From Faecalimonas sp. LCP19S3_D12 (GTDB lineage Bacteria; Bacillota; Clostridia; Lachnospirales; Lachnospiraceae), in assembly GCA_052121495.1 (NCBI GenBank), contig JBQKED010000046.1: 24,975 bases of DNA; one strand, written 5' to 3'. The first letter of the stretch is position 1; each line of letters opens with the position of its first letter. Positions 9,024 through 18,000 of the stretch are shown here, in pieces. The translations under genes and the position numbers were made by a program. Under the pieces are notes generated by a model, which saw only the letters and a program-made list of their open reading frames with translations, did no database searches and was not told the DNA's origin.

Positions 9024-10331
9024 TTAAAGCTGAATATACTGCGTGCTGTAAGGGGGAAGTATGAGCCCATCTTTCAATGAAATTTCTGTATCTGTTATCA
9101 ATTCTGTTCCGATACCATTTAAGATGTCGTGATAAGCAGTGTATTCTTGTTCGGAAGCATTAATGGCAACGATGATTCGCTCATCATTTGTTCTTCGCTC
9201 AAAGATAAGTTGATGGTTCTGAATGATGATATTGCGGTAATCACCGTTGCACAGTGCGTCACTGTCTTGACGAAGCGAGATGAGACGGCGAATCCAATCT
9301 GTCAGTTCGTTCGGTTTTGGCTCTGAAAAACAAGGGCGGAGTGCGTAATCACTGTGTGGTTCTTTGACACCTTCCACACCCCATTCGCTGCCGTAGTAAA
9401 GACATGGGATTCCAGGCATGCCCATCAAAATTCCGTAGGCGCTCCGAAGATGTTCTTTATTCTTTAAAATGCTGGCAAGCCTTGTGACATCGTGGTTATC
9501 TGCAAAGGTCATGAGATGCTTTCCGCGATAAATACACCATTGTTCTGTCCCAAACTGGCGGTGCAAGGAGTGTGCAATTTCGAATAGGTTCATATCGTTT
9601 AAGCTAGAAAATAGTCCTTTGTAACATTCATAATTCGTACAACTGTGCAGCATGTCGTCATTTACAATTAAGTTATAATCACCGAAGAGAACTTCTCCAA
9701 TCAGAGCAAAGTCAGGTTTTAATGCCTGACAAAAGCTGCGAAGTTTTCGCATAAAATTGTGATCTAAACTGTAGGCGACATCTAGGCGAAGACCATCAAT
9801 GTCAAACACTTCTATCCATTGCTTTACACAGTTTAACAAATAATCGACAACAGCAGGATTTTGCAAATTGAGTTTGACAAGTTCAAAGTGTCCTTCCCAG
9901 CCTTCATACCAAAAACCATCCTGGTAGGTGCTATCACCGTCAAAATTGAGATAGAACCAATCTTTATACAGAGAGCTCCATTTTTTCTCCCTTACATCTT
10001 GAAAAGCCCAAAAACCACGACCAACATGATTAAATACTCCATCTAGAACAATTCGAATGTCATTTTGATGTAAATGCTGGCAAACGTCTGAAAAGTCGCC
10101 ATTTGTTCCGAGTCTGCAGTCGATTTTCAGAAAATCACGAGTGTCATATCCGTGATTGTCAGATTCGAAAATCGGATTCAGCAAAACGGCATTTATGCCG
10201 AGTGATTTCAGATAATCAGTCCACTCAATTATTTTGCGGATGCGTGGTATAGTGACACTATCATTTTCTGTTGGAGCACCACAAAATCCAATCGGATATA
10301 TTTGGTAAAAAACACTTTCATAAGCCCACAT
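9024..10331 (-). CDS. GH13 (alpha-amylase family) glycoside hydrolase, catalytic domain only
   Basis: GINAVLLNPIFES...HGYD, GLRLDVAY and ...GEV...NHD are the GH13 conserved regions I-IV. RBS GGAGG. Confidence 0.8.
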   Translation of the reverse strand: MWAYESVFYQIYPIGFCGAPTENDSVTIPRIRKIIEWTDYLKSLGINAVLLNPIFESDNHGYDTRDFLKIDCRLGTNGDFSDVCQHLHQNDIRIVLDGVFNHVGRGFWAFQDVREKKWSSLYKDWFYLNFDGDSTYQDGFWYEGWEGHFELVKLNLQNPAVVDYLLNCVKQWIEVFDIDGLRLDVAYSLDHNFMRKLRSFCQALKPDFALIGEVLFGDYNLIVNDDMLHSCTNYECYKGLFSSLNDMNLFEIAHSLHRQFGTEQWCIYRGKHLMTFADNHDVTRLASILKNKEHLRSAYGILMGMPGIPCLYYGSEWGVEGVKEPHSDYALRPCFSEPKPNELTDWIRRLISLRQDSDALCNGDYRNIIIQNHQLIFERRTNDERIIVAINASEQEYTAYHDILNGIGTELITDTEISLKDGLILPPYSTQYIQL

Positions 10332-10370
10332 ATATATTACCTCCTACTAGATTAGTATTTGATAATGTTT

Positions 10371-10399
10371 ATTGTACCATACAGAAGAAAAAATGTCGA
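10371..10399 (-). promoter_or_regulatory. Promoter for the GH13 gene: TCGACA-17-TGgTACAAT, with an extended -10
   Basis: Read on the minus strand: -35 TCGACA (rc of 10394-10399), a 17-nt spacer, then TGGTACAAT (rc of 10371-10379). Confidence 0.5.
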
Positions 10400-10437
10400 T
10401 TATGCGTGGAAATGTGTGGAAAACAGGAAATTTAGAC

Positions 10438-10466
10438 TTGACATCATCGTGTAATAATAATATAAT
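10438..10466 (+). promoter_or_regulatory. Consensus sigma-A promoter TTGACA-17-TATAAT for the rplM-rpsI operon
   Basis: TTGACA at 10438-10443, exactly 17 nt, then TATAAT at 10461-10466. It sits 107 nt upstream of rplM, leaving room for a structured L13 autoregulatory leader. Confidence 0.8.
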
Positions 10467-10573
10467 AAATCAGTATGAAAACAGAAGAAACAGTTTACAC
10501 CAAAGCCCCGGAGTGGACTGATTCTAATAGAAAGAAGATATTAACTTGATAAAAATTATTAGGAGGTCACCCA

Positions 10574-11002
10574 ATGAAAACTTACATGGCTAATCCAGAC
10601 AAGATTGAAAGAAAATGGTATGTAGTTGATGCAGAAGGATGCACATTAGGACGCTTAACTTCTGAGATCGCTAAAGTTTTAAGAGGAAAAAATAAACCGG
10701 AATATACACCACACATCGATACAGGTGATTATGTAGTTGTAATCAACGCTGAAAAAATTAAAGTAACAGGTAAAAAATTAGATCAGAAAATCTACTATCA
10801 TCACTCAGACTATGTAGGAGGAATGAAAGAGACTACATTAAGAGAAATGATGGCTAAGAAACCTGAAAAAGTAATTGAACTTGCAGTTAAAGGAATGCTT
10901 CCAAAAGGACCTTTGGGAAGAAGTATGATCAAAAAATTACACGTATACGCTGGACCAGAGCACGCACAGCAGGCTCAGAAACCAGAAGTATTAACATTTT
11001 AA
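10574..11002 (+). CDS. rplM: 50S ribosomal protein L13
   Basis: [22 protein letters not shown]...; RBS AGGAGG. Confidence 0.95.
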   Translation: MKTYMANPDKIERKWYVVDAEGCTLGRLTSEIAKVLRGKNKPEYTPHIDTGDYVVVINAEKIKVTGKKLDQKIYYHHSDYVGGMKETTLREMMAKKPEKVIELAVKGMLPKGPLGRSMIKKLHVYAGPEHAQQAQKPEVLTF

Positions 11003-11028
11003 GGAAAGGTTGAAAGGAGGAAGTTATA

Positions 11029-11421
11029 ATGGCTAATGCAAAATTCTACGGAACAGGAAGAAGAAAAAAATCAATCGCAAGAGTATATTTAGTACCTGGA
11101 ACAGGTAAAATTACAATAAACAAAAGAGATATTGATGAATATCTTGGATTAGAGACATTAAAAGTTGTAGTTCGTCAGCCACTCGTTGCTACAGAGACAG
11201 TTGACAAATTCGACGTATTAGTAAATGTACACGGTGGAGGATACACAGGACAGGCTGGTGCTATCCGTCACGGTATCGCAAGAGCTTTACTTCAAGCTGA
11301 TGCTGATTACAGACCAGTTCTTAAGAAAGCCGGATACTTAACACGTGATCCACGTATGAAAGAACGTAAGAAATACGGACTTAAAGCAGCTCGTAGAGCT
11401 CCACAGTTCTCAAAACGTTAA
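11029..11421 (+). CDS. rpsI: 30S ribosomal protein S9
   Basis: ...[19 protein letters not shown]...[37 protein letters not shown]. Confidence 0.95.
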   Translation: MANAKFYGTGRRKKSIARVYLVPGTGKITINKRDIDEYLGLETLKVVVRQPLVATETVDKFDVLVNVHGGGYTGQAGAIRHGIARALLQADADYRPVLKKAGYLTRDPRMKERKKYGLKAARRAPQFSKR

Positions 11422-11454
11422 TTTCAGTTACGCAAGAGATAATCTTCGGAACTC

Positions 11455-11480
11455 GGATTTACGTTCAAATCCTTATTTTA
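11455..11480 (+). terminator. Weak rho-independent terminator after rpsI
   Basis: GGATTT-acgttc-AAATCC followed by TTATTTTA. Confidence 0.45.
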
Positions 11481-11504
11481 CAAGGGTTTGTGGAGTTGTC
11501 AGAT

Positions 11505-11563
11505 GTGGTGAAAAGCGGTGGAATTTACTCAGTTCGCAACGCATTTGCAACACGTTTGCAACA
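11505..11563. repeat. Copy A of the att-like boundary block: GTGGTGA...TTCGCAAC-gca-TTTGCAAC-acg-TTTGCAAC-A, three 11-bp-phased TTTGCAAC repeats
   Basis: The last 23 nt are identical at 19 of 23 positions to blocks at 23607-23629 and 24377-24399. A GTGGTGA(A/G)(A/G)AG start is shared. The block lies at the junction between the rpsI terminator and the integrase. Confidence 0.55.
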
Positions 11564-11581
11564 AAAATATCTAAAAAATAT

Positions 11582-11625
11582 AGGACACTTTTCGGTGATA
11601 GACACTGGAGAGTGTCCTTTTTGTT
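11582..11625. terminator. Bidirectional terminator just inside the element's left end, serving int on the minus strand
   Basis: AGGACAC-23 nt-GTGTCCT. TTTTTGTT follows on the plus strand and ATATTTTTTAG on the minus strand. Confidence 0.6.
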
Positions 11626-12721
11626 ATGCGGATTTTGTATCGGCAGTTACGCTGTCCTCATTTTCTAAGGTTTTGTTGATTGCGTCTACAAGAACCTGCA
11701 TATCTAAGTGAGTATAAACTTTTTCTGTCAGTGTCATAGCGCCGGAGTGCCCCACAATTTTCTTGATTGTTGTATCCTGAACACCAGCTTCCGATAACAT
11801 GGAAATACAGGTATGCCGGGTACAATGTGGTGTGCGGTCAATTCCAATCTGTTCCACGAGAGGAGTCCAATAGCTGTCATAGTAATTGCGATAAAGAAAT
11901 CTTTTGCCATCCTCTGTATGAAGAAGATATTCGCAATCAGGACAAGACTCATACCAATCTTTATAGTAAGGCAAGAGCTTATCTGCAATCGGAACTTTTC
12001 GGATTCCATTTTCTGTCTTACTGTCAATCACATCAAAATACTGTTCTTCTAGATGCACGTTTTCTTTCTTCAAATCAAGAAATTCAGAGATGCGTGTACC
12101 ATTATAGAGCAGCATGAGGATGATCTGATAGTATTTGTCCTCTTTCATTGTCCAGACTTTTGCAACTTCTTCTTTCGTGAATTTTGTACGTGTATGCTTG
12201 TTTGGATTGCGGTCTTTGTACTGGGCGATCTCAACAAAAGTAGAATAATCTTTGTTGCAGATGTCATTCTTCAATGCAAATTCATATAACTGGTTGAACA
12301 GAATTTTAATTTTCTTCAATGTGGGAAAATTCTTTCCGCAGGTGTCAATAACCTGTTGTAAGTCTGCCAGTTTTAAATCCTTGAAAACTCGGTTGTAAAG
12401 AATGCCACATGTTTTATAAGAAGCCTTGTATCCTTTGATATTGCTTTCGGATACCGTAGGAAATTTTTTCTTTGACCATTCTTCATACACTTCATCAAAA
12501 GTCATTTTGGCTGCCTTCGTATCATAAGGATTCCGATTGTAATCAGCCAGCATTTGTAAGCCCTCTGTTTTTGTGGCGGCATATCCAATAATAATATATT
12601 CATTTACTTTCTTTTCTTTTACAGGATCAATGTGATAGCCGATGGTTTTACGAACCATCCAAGGTTTTCTTCTTTTTCCAGATAGTTTTACTACACTTCC
12701 GTAGCCGTTCGGTAATTTCAT
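11624..12721 (-). CDS. int: Tyrosine-type site-specific integrase (phage integrase family)
   Basis: C-terminal catalytic region TRISE...HCTRHTCISML...VGHSGAMTLTEKVYTHL (R...HxxR...Y). N-terminal arm-binding-like MKLPNGYGSVVKLSGKRRKPW. RBS GGAGG. Confidence 0.9.
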   Translation of the reverse strand: MKLPNGYGSVVKLSGKRRKPWMVRKTIGYHIDPVKEKKVNEYIIIGYAATKTEGLQMLADYNRNPYDTKAAKMTFDEVYEEWSKKKFPTVSESNIKGYKASYKTCGILYNRVFKDLKLADLQQVIDTCGKNFPTLKKIKILFNQLYEFALKNDICNKDYSTFVEIAQYKDRNPNKHTRTKFTKEEVAKVWTMKEDKYYQIILMLLYNGTRISEFLDLKKENVHLEEQYFDVIDSKTENGIRKVPIADKLLPYYKDWYESCPDCEYLLHTEDGKRFLYRNYYDSYWTPLVEQIGIDRTPHCTRHTCISMLSEAGVQDTTIKKIVGHSGAMTLTEKVYTHLDMQVLVDAINKTLENEDSVTADTKSA

Positions 12722-12744
12722 ATTCTAAAAATCCTCCTTAAAAA

Positions 12745-13356
12745 TTAGGACTCTTTCTTACCGTACCGCTCGTTCATAATTTTTTGAAATCTCTGGATTC
12801 GTTCTTCGTTTGAGATTTCTTCTGTTTCTTTTTCGGTCAGTTTTGCATTTGCGTAATAAGCAAGTGTTTTATCCTGCCACTTCTGATAAGATTCAAGACT
12901 TGTCTGATAGTCCTTGACTTCGTTTCTTTTATTCTCAAATTCTTCCAAGAATAGACAGAGATCTTGATTTAATTCCGTAGAAACATCTTTGCCATTAAAA
13001 GTAATAGCACATTCCCATCCATCATAATGTGGCGGGCGTTTGACTTCGATATTGAAGCCAAGTTCCTTTATCTTATCTAACTGAAATAAGAAATTCATAA
13101 TATCAGAAAGATTTTCTAAAGGTTTTCTCTCGGCATCATACCCTATAAGATATGTGGATTCGCAGTCTAAAACTTTTGCGATTTCATTGAGCATAGCGAT
13201 GGAAACTTCGATTTCTCCGCTTTCATATTTTTGGATTGTGCGAAGCGATTTCCCCAACAAATTTGCAAGCTCTGTTTGGTTGATACCTTTTTCTTTTCGA
13301 GCAGTACGGATTCTAAGTCCGATTTGATTGTTATGTAACTTCTCATTACTCATCAT
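12745..13356 (-). CDS. XRE-family HTH repressor (cI/Stl-like) with an uncharacterised ~130-aa C-terminal domain
   Basis: N-terminal HTH_3 LRIRTARKEKGINQTELANLLGKSLRTIQKYESGE. It is transcribed divergently from the cro-like gene, with int downstream in the same orientation. Confidence 0.8.
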   Translation of the reverse strand: MMSNEKLHNNQIGLRIRTARKEKGINQTELANLLGKSLRTIQKYESGEIEVSIAMLNEIAKVLDCESTYLIGYDAERKPLENLSDIMNFLFQLDKIKELGFNIEVKRPPHYDGWECAITFNGKDVSTELNQDLCLFLEEFENKRNEVKDYQTSLESYQKWQDKTLAYYANAKLTEKETEEISNEERIQRFQKIMNERYGKKES

Positions 13357-13384
13357 TATTCACCTCACGCTTATCATATCATAG

Positions 13385-13482
13385 AAAAATACGAATTACA
13401 AGTACATATTTATATAAAATAGTATTGACATGTGCAGAATAAGTGCATATAATAAAAATACGCATTAAAAGTACATATTAAA
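13385..13482 (+). promoter_or_regulatory. Lysis/lysogeny-type switch region: consensus promoter TTGACA-17-TATAAT (13425-13453) flanked by two 28-bp direct-repeat operator candidates
   Basis: AAAAATACGAATTACAAGTACATATTTA at 13385-13412 and AAAAATACGCATTAAAAGTACATATTAA at 13454-13481, about 24 of 28 identical. TTGACA at 13425-13430, a 17-nt spacer, TATAAT at 13448-13453. Confidence 0.65.
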
Positions 13483-13500
13483 AAAGAAAGGAGAAATAAA

Positions 13501-13710
13501 ATGAAGATAAACGTATTTAAAATGCAGATTTTGATGGAAGAAAGAGGATTAACAATTAAGAAATTGGCTGAGTTAAGTGGAGTGTCAAGGCAGACGATTT
13601 CCTGCATTATATCAGGAAAAAGCTGTACACCGCAGGTGGCATATAAAATTGCTACAGCTTTAGATCAAGAACTTAGTCAGATTGTAAAGGAGGACGTGGA
13701 AAATGGATAA
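13501..13710 (+). CDS. Cro-like small XRE-family HTH regulator
   Basis: 69 aa, LTIKKLAELSGVSRQTISCIISGK. RBS AAAGGAG. Confidence 0.75.
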   Translation: MKINVFKMQILMEERGLTIKKLAELSGVSRQTISCIISGKSCTPQVAYKIATALDQELSQIVKEDVENG

Positions 13711-13963
13711 AAGATTATATGTAGAATTGCCGCCATTTACGGGAAGAAATGTGCCGATTACAGAAATTGCAAAAGCAATCGGAAAAGATACTCATTACGT
13801 TCGTATCGGGATACAGCAGGGAATTTTGAAATTTGGAGTAGCAATGAAGATGGGGGATTCCAACGAATTCAGTTATTACTGTTCTGATCGTAAAGTATGG
13901 GAGGAAACTGGATATTTCAATGGAGAGGTAAAAAAGCAGGGAAAAGAAAAAGCCCTTGCGTAA
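13703..13963 (+). CDS. Small HTH protein, a candidate excisionase or recombination directionality factor
   Basis: 86 aa, VPITEIAKAIGKDTHYVRIGIQQGIL looks like an HTH. It overlaps the cro-like gene by 8 nt and occupies the xis position of int-repressor-cro-xis modules. Confidence 0.4.
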   Translation: MDKRLYVELPPFTGRNVPITEIAKAIGKDTHYVRIGIQQGILKFGVAMKMGDSNEFSYYCSDRKVWEETGYFNGEVKKQGKEKALA

Positions 13964-13987
13964 CACAAGGACAACTTCTCAGAGCTT

Positions 13988-14716
13988 TTGATAACTCTAT
14001 CTCGCAAATTCAGTATATCAAAGGCTCTGAGAGAATACAACGAAAATTTTAAAGGAGTCGAATTGAATATTTTTCAGGTAGTAAAAGAAAACGTAACTGC
14101 AAGGCAAGCAGCCGAACAGTACGGATTGAAAGTCAATAAAAACGGGATGATATGTTGCCCCTTTCATGATGACAGGCATCCCAGTATGAAAGTAGATAAA
14201 GGATTTTGCTGTTTTGCCTGTGGTGCGAAAGGGGATGTGATTACGTTTGTAGCAGATTTCTTTTATCTTACACCATTGGAAGCAGCAAAGAAACTGGCAG
14301 AAGATTTTCAGATACCAATCCTTGCGGATGACTCAAAGAAAAGGAATACCAGTAAGAAGAAAGAAAAACCAAAAAGAACGTTGTATCAGACCGAAAAGAA
14401 ATTTGAAGAATGGGAACGGGAAAGTATCCGTATTTTATCGGATTATCTTCATTTGCTGGAAGAATGGAAAATAAGATATGCACCGAAAACACCAGAGGAA
14501 GAATGGGAAGCAGAATTTATAGAAACCTGTCAGCAGATAGAAAAGATAAATTACTATCTGGATTTACTGGTGTTTGGAGAGTTACAGGACAGAATTGAAT
14601 TTTTACTGGATAGTGGGAAGGATGTGAAAAGAATTGAAGAACGAATGGAAAAATATAGACGAAACAACAAGGAACAGACTGGAAGAAGCATTGGATCAGA
14701 GAGAGATGAACTCTAA
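13988..14716 (+). CDS. CHC2 zinc-finger (primase-type) protein
   Basis: CPFHDDRHPSMKV...FCCFACGAKGDVITFV is a DnaG/P4-type CHC2 zinc finger. No Toprim domain is evident. Confidence 0.65.
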   Translation: MITLSRKFSISKALREYNENFKGVELNIFQVVKENVTARQAAEQYGLKVNKNGMICCPFHDDRHPSMKVDKGFCCFACGAKGDVITFVADFFYLTPLEAAKKLAEDFQIPILADDSKKRNTSKKKEKPKRTLYQTEKKFEEWERESIRILSDYLHLLEEWKIRYAPKTPEEEWEAEFIETCQQIEKINYYLDLLVFGELQDRIEFLLDSGKDVKRIEERMEKYRRNNKEQTGRSIGSERDEL

Positions 14717-16010
14717 GCCGTATTCTCAGGAATGGTTTGAGGATGGGCAGATTGATGAGGTGGCATTTTGTGAAAATTTCCTGCAAAGAATGCCATTGAA
14801 GTGTATCAACGGTATCTTTTTCAGCTATGATGGGATGCTGCCGGACAGCGAAGTAGAAAAAGAAATTTATAGAATGGTAAAACCGGTTCTTACGAAAGGA
14901 ATTTCTAAGAAAGTAAAACAGCTTTTGGAGGTTCTAAAATTGGAAGCCTATTCAGAGGAACTTCCGGTGCAAATGGATCGCATCCATGTGAATAATGGAA
15001 CTTATTTTCTGAGTGGCAGTTTTACAGAGAAGAAGGAGTTTTGCCTGAACCGATTGCCTGTAAATTATGAAATGAAAGAAGCAAAGCCGGAACGGTGGTT
15101 GAAATTTCTTTCAGAACTGTTGGAGGAAGATGATATTCCTACCTTGCAGGAATATATGGGATATTGCCTAATCCCATCCAATAAGGCACAGAAATTATTG
15201 ATTATCTTAGGAAAAGGAGGGGAGGGAAAATCCCGTATCGGTCTGGTTATGAGAAAAATCCTCGGAACGAATATGAATGTAAGCAATATTCAGAAAGTAG
15301 AACATAATCGTTTCGCAAGGGCGGATTTGGAATACTGGCTTTTAATGGTGGATGATGATATGAAACTGGAAGCCTTGAAAGACACCAACTATATTAAAAC
15401 CATAGTTACTCTGGAGGATAAGATGGATTTGGAAAGGAAGTCAAAGCAGAGCGTACAGGGGAATTTATATGTCAGATTTCTCTGCTTTGGAAACGGAAGT
15501 CTGAGTGCTTTACATGATCGTTCCTATGGATTTTATCGCAGACAGATTATCCTTACGGTCAAAGATGTGCCGCCAGACAGAGTAGATGATCCCTATCTGA
15601 TTGAGAAACTGCAAAGAGAAGCAGACGATATTTTTCTCTGGTGTCTGGAGGGATTGAAACGATTACTGAAAAATAAATACTGCTTTACCATCAGCGAACG
15701 TGCAAAGAAAAATCTACACGAAGCTATGGAATCCGGGAATAACATTATCGCTTTTATGCAGTCATCCGGGTATATCCGGTTGGAAGAAAATACAACAGTG
15801 ACTTCTAAGAATCTTTATCAAGCATACTGCCACTGGTGTGAGGACAATACGGAAAAGCCTATGAGTGCAAAAAGTTTTTCGGGGTACTTAAAAGAAAATG
15901 AAAAGAAGTATCACATTCATTATTCCACGAATATTCCCTCAGATAATGGAAAAAATGCCAGAGGATTTCAAGGAATTCATACGCAGATACGCATAGACAG
16001 CTATCGTTGA
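14706..16010 (+). CDS. P4-family/VirE-like primase C-terminal domain protein with a P-loop NTPase, a replication initiator or helicase
   Basis: Walker A LIILGKGGEGKS and Walker B LLMVDDDM. The first ATG at 14706 overlaps the upstream stop by 11 nt. The track's TTG start at 14634 was rejected. Confidence 0.65.
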   Translation: MNSKPYSQEWFEDGQIDEVAFCENFLQRMPLKCINGIFFSYDGMLPDSEVEKEIYRMVKPVLTKGISKKVKQLLEVLKLEAYSEELPVQMDRIHVNNGTYFLSGSFTEKKEFCLNRLPVNYEMKEAKPERWLKFLSELLEEDDIPTLQEYMGYCLIPSNKAQKLLIILGKGGEGKSRIGLVMRKILGTNMNVSNIQKVEHNRFARADLEYWLLMVDDDMKLEALKDTNYIKTIVTLEDKMDLERKSKQSVQGNLYVRFLCFGNGSLSALHDRSYGFYRRQIILTVKDVPPDRVDDPYLIEKLQREADDIFLWCLEGLKRLLKNKYCFTISERAKKNLHEAMESGNNIIAFMQSSGYIRLEENTTVTSKNLYQAYCHWCEDNTEKPMSAKSFSGYLKENEKKYHIHYSTNIPSDNGKNARGFQGIHTQIRIDSYR

Positions 16011-16048
16011 TACGGATGAAAAACAGATAAAAAAGAATTTTCCAAAGA

Positions 16049-16131
16049 AGCGTATAAGCGTATATCTTCAGGAAAATCAAGGGATTACAGGTTTCTGAAA
16101 AGTATTGAGGATACGTTTATACGCTTATACG
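16049..16131. repeat. Iteron-like inverted repeat, GCGTATAAGCGTATA ... TATACGCTTATACG, around an AT-rich spacer. Candidate replication origin
   Basis: The 14-15 bp arms at 16049-16063 and 16118-16131 are perfect reverse complements built from tandem GCGTATA heptamers. The site lies immediately 3' of the primase/NTPase gene, the usual ori position in PICI/IME replication modules. Confidence 0.45.
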
Positions 16132-16249
16132 GGTAATTTTTGAATTTATTTTATTTTTAGCAGGGGGAGTGTTGCAGATGTTAAAGCAGCCCGGATACGG
16201 GCAGATCAAAAGGGCGGATAAGCCCATAAATGAAATCTAAAGTCTGAGC

Positions 16250-16440
16250 AATAATCAGATTACGTAATACAAAAACAGCCCTCGGCGATTGAGAGTGAAA
16301 TACACCCATCGCATAAACTTCGTTTATGCTCTGCGTATTTCGCCCTGCCGGGAGCTATGCTGCCAATAGGCAGATAAGTTCGTAAACAGGTGCCTATGCA
16401 CCTACTCACAGCAAAATCGGCTAGAGCCGAGAAAGGAGGA
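16250..16440 (+). promoter_or_regulatory. Candidate oriT region upstream of the relaxase, with multiple short perfect hairpins
   Basis: GCATAAAC-ttcg-GTTTATGC at 16309-16328, AGGTGC-ctat-GCACCT, CTGCC-aata-GGCAG and GCCCG-gata-CGGGC. MobA/MobL (MOBQ) oriTs normally abut the relaxase gene. Confidence 0.35.
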
Positions 16441-17869
16441 TGCTTATAGGCAGACATTCATTTATCAGGAAAAGCAAGCTGTCTGATGTGGCAGGAAGGA
16501 TTGATTATATCTCCAATCCGAAACGACAGGAATATCTCTATGCGACCTATCAGACAGAAGGCGCAACACCGGAGTTTTGGAAACATCTTGCAAGAGAAAA
16601 TCAGTTGGACTTTAAGGCGAGTGGTTCAGCAGCAAATGTATCGAGGGGCGTGAGTTTATCATAGCGCTTCCCGAAAGTTTTGTTCAGTACAGGGCAGATG
16701 ATGTGGTAAGACTTTTTACGGAGACTTTTCATAAAAGATATGATGTGGAGTGCAGTGCAGCTCTTCATCACAATAAGGCAAAGACGAATTATCATATCCA
16801 TCTGGTATTCAGTGAACGGAAAATGTTGGAACAGCCCGAAGTAAAGATTGCTACCCGAAATATGTTTTATGATGAGCAGGGGAAGCATAGACGCACAAAG
16901 AAAGAGGTTTTAGACGAGCAGGGCAATCTTCGGGCGGGGTGCAGCATTATCCCCAAAGGGGAAGTTTATGAAAGCCATATCTTCACGAAAAAGGATGAAT
17001 GGTTTAAGAACAAAGCCTTTACCAAAGAAGTCAAGGAACTGTTTACCGATACGATCAACCGATATGTAAAAGAAGAATCAGAAAAACTGTCCGTATTCCA
17101 ACAGGGCGGAGTATATCTGGCAACCAAGAAAATCGGAAAGAACAATCCGAAAGCAGAGGAGATAAAGGCGGACAATGCGGCAAGGCAGGAATGGAATCGG
17201 ACAGTTGATGTGGCATTAGTCGAGGGTGTTCCCGAAGAAGATATTTTGAAGATTAAGCAGGAAAAAATCACAGACAAAACGATGCAATCTATCAGGACAC
17301 ACGGTTGGTTGCCGGATATGTTCCGTGAGATTATCCGAGGTGCGAAAGACTTTTTACAGGAAGTAATTTTCAAATTTAAGCTGCCGCCGAAACCTGTACC
17401 AAAGATTGATTTGCAGGAATGGAAAGATGTGCAGAAACTCATGTATGAATTACAGGGGCAGTCAAGGGAGATAAAACGCACACAGCAGGATATTTCTTCT
17501 TTGAAAAAGCAACTGTCAGAGTTACGAGGACTATTTAAAGGCAAAGAGCGAAAATCTCTGGAAGGGCGAATTGAACTGTTAGAGGATTTGGAAAAGCGTT
17601 TGCACAAGAGTTTGGAACAGATAGTAAAACGTGAGGGCTACCCTAATGTTCAAGCCTTTCAGAAGGTCTATAATAAGGCAGAAGAACTGATTATAGAATA
17701 CAATGAAGAACTAAGGGGATGGAAAAATCAGACGGAACAGAAGAAAGAGAAACCGTTAGAACAGCCGAAAAGAGCGAGCGTACTGGAAAAGCTACACCGC
17801 TATCAGCAGGAAGGCAGACAGCAACCAAAACGGTCAGTTAAGAAAAAATCTATGGATAGAGAACGATAA
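16440..17869 (+). pseudogene. MobA/MobL-family relaxase, frameshifted. The N-terminal 74 aa are in one frame and the rest is in the +2 frame from about 16616
   Basis: Frame A reads MLIGRHSFIRKSK...AGRIDYISNPKRQEY, the relaxase N-terminus with a candidate catalytic Tyr. The other frame, open from 16616, reads ...EGREFIIALPESF... (MobA motif II ExxxALPxE) ...ALHHNKAKTNYHIHLVFSER (motif III HxxxxxNxHxH). The frame switch must lie within 16616-16664. Confidence 0.7.
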
Positions 17870-17886
17870 GAAAGGTGGAAATGATT

Positions 17887-18000
17887 ATGAAGAAAACAAT
17901 ATTTGAAGAAATGGGCGGAACTTATATCAGACAAGGGGATTATCTTATCCCCTGTCTTACCTTGCCGGAGGAAGAAGGGCAGAGGTTTATAGGAGTATAG
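17887..18000 (+). pseudogene. Decayed 5' fragment of a small conserved mobile-element ORF (MKKTIFEEMGGTYIRQGDYLIPCLTLPEEE...)
   Basis: The 37-aa ORF ends at a TAG where, from recollection, related full-length proteins continue ...IGVWGQRH.... A second in-frame TGA follows 2 codons later. RBS AAAGGTGG. Confidence 0.3.

Noticed and set aside
11490-11711. 73-aa ORF (GTG start) spanning att-like block A and the int terminator. Similar small ORFs overlap blocks B and C, each with a strong-looking GGTGAGGAG-n-ATG
   Set aside because: Block B carries a 10-bp duplication that would destroy any conserved frame. The predicted peptides differ completely outside the repeat. The region is better explained as a recombination or protein-binding site than as coding.
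13988-16010. Possibility that the CHC2 zinc-finger ORF and the P4-type NTPase ORF are one frameshifted primase gene, since they overlap by 83 nt in the track
   Set aside because: The downstream ORF has an in-frame ATG at 14706 that overlaps the upstream stop by only 11 nt. This is a standard translational-coupling arrangement, so no frameshift is needed.
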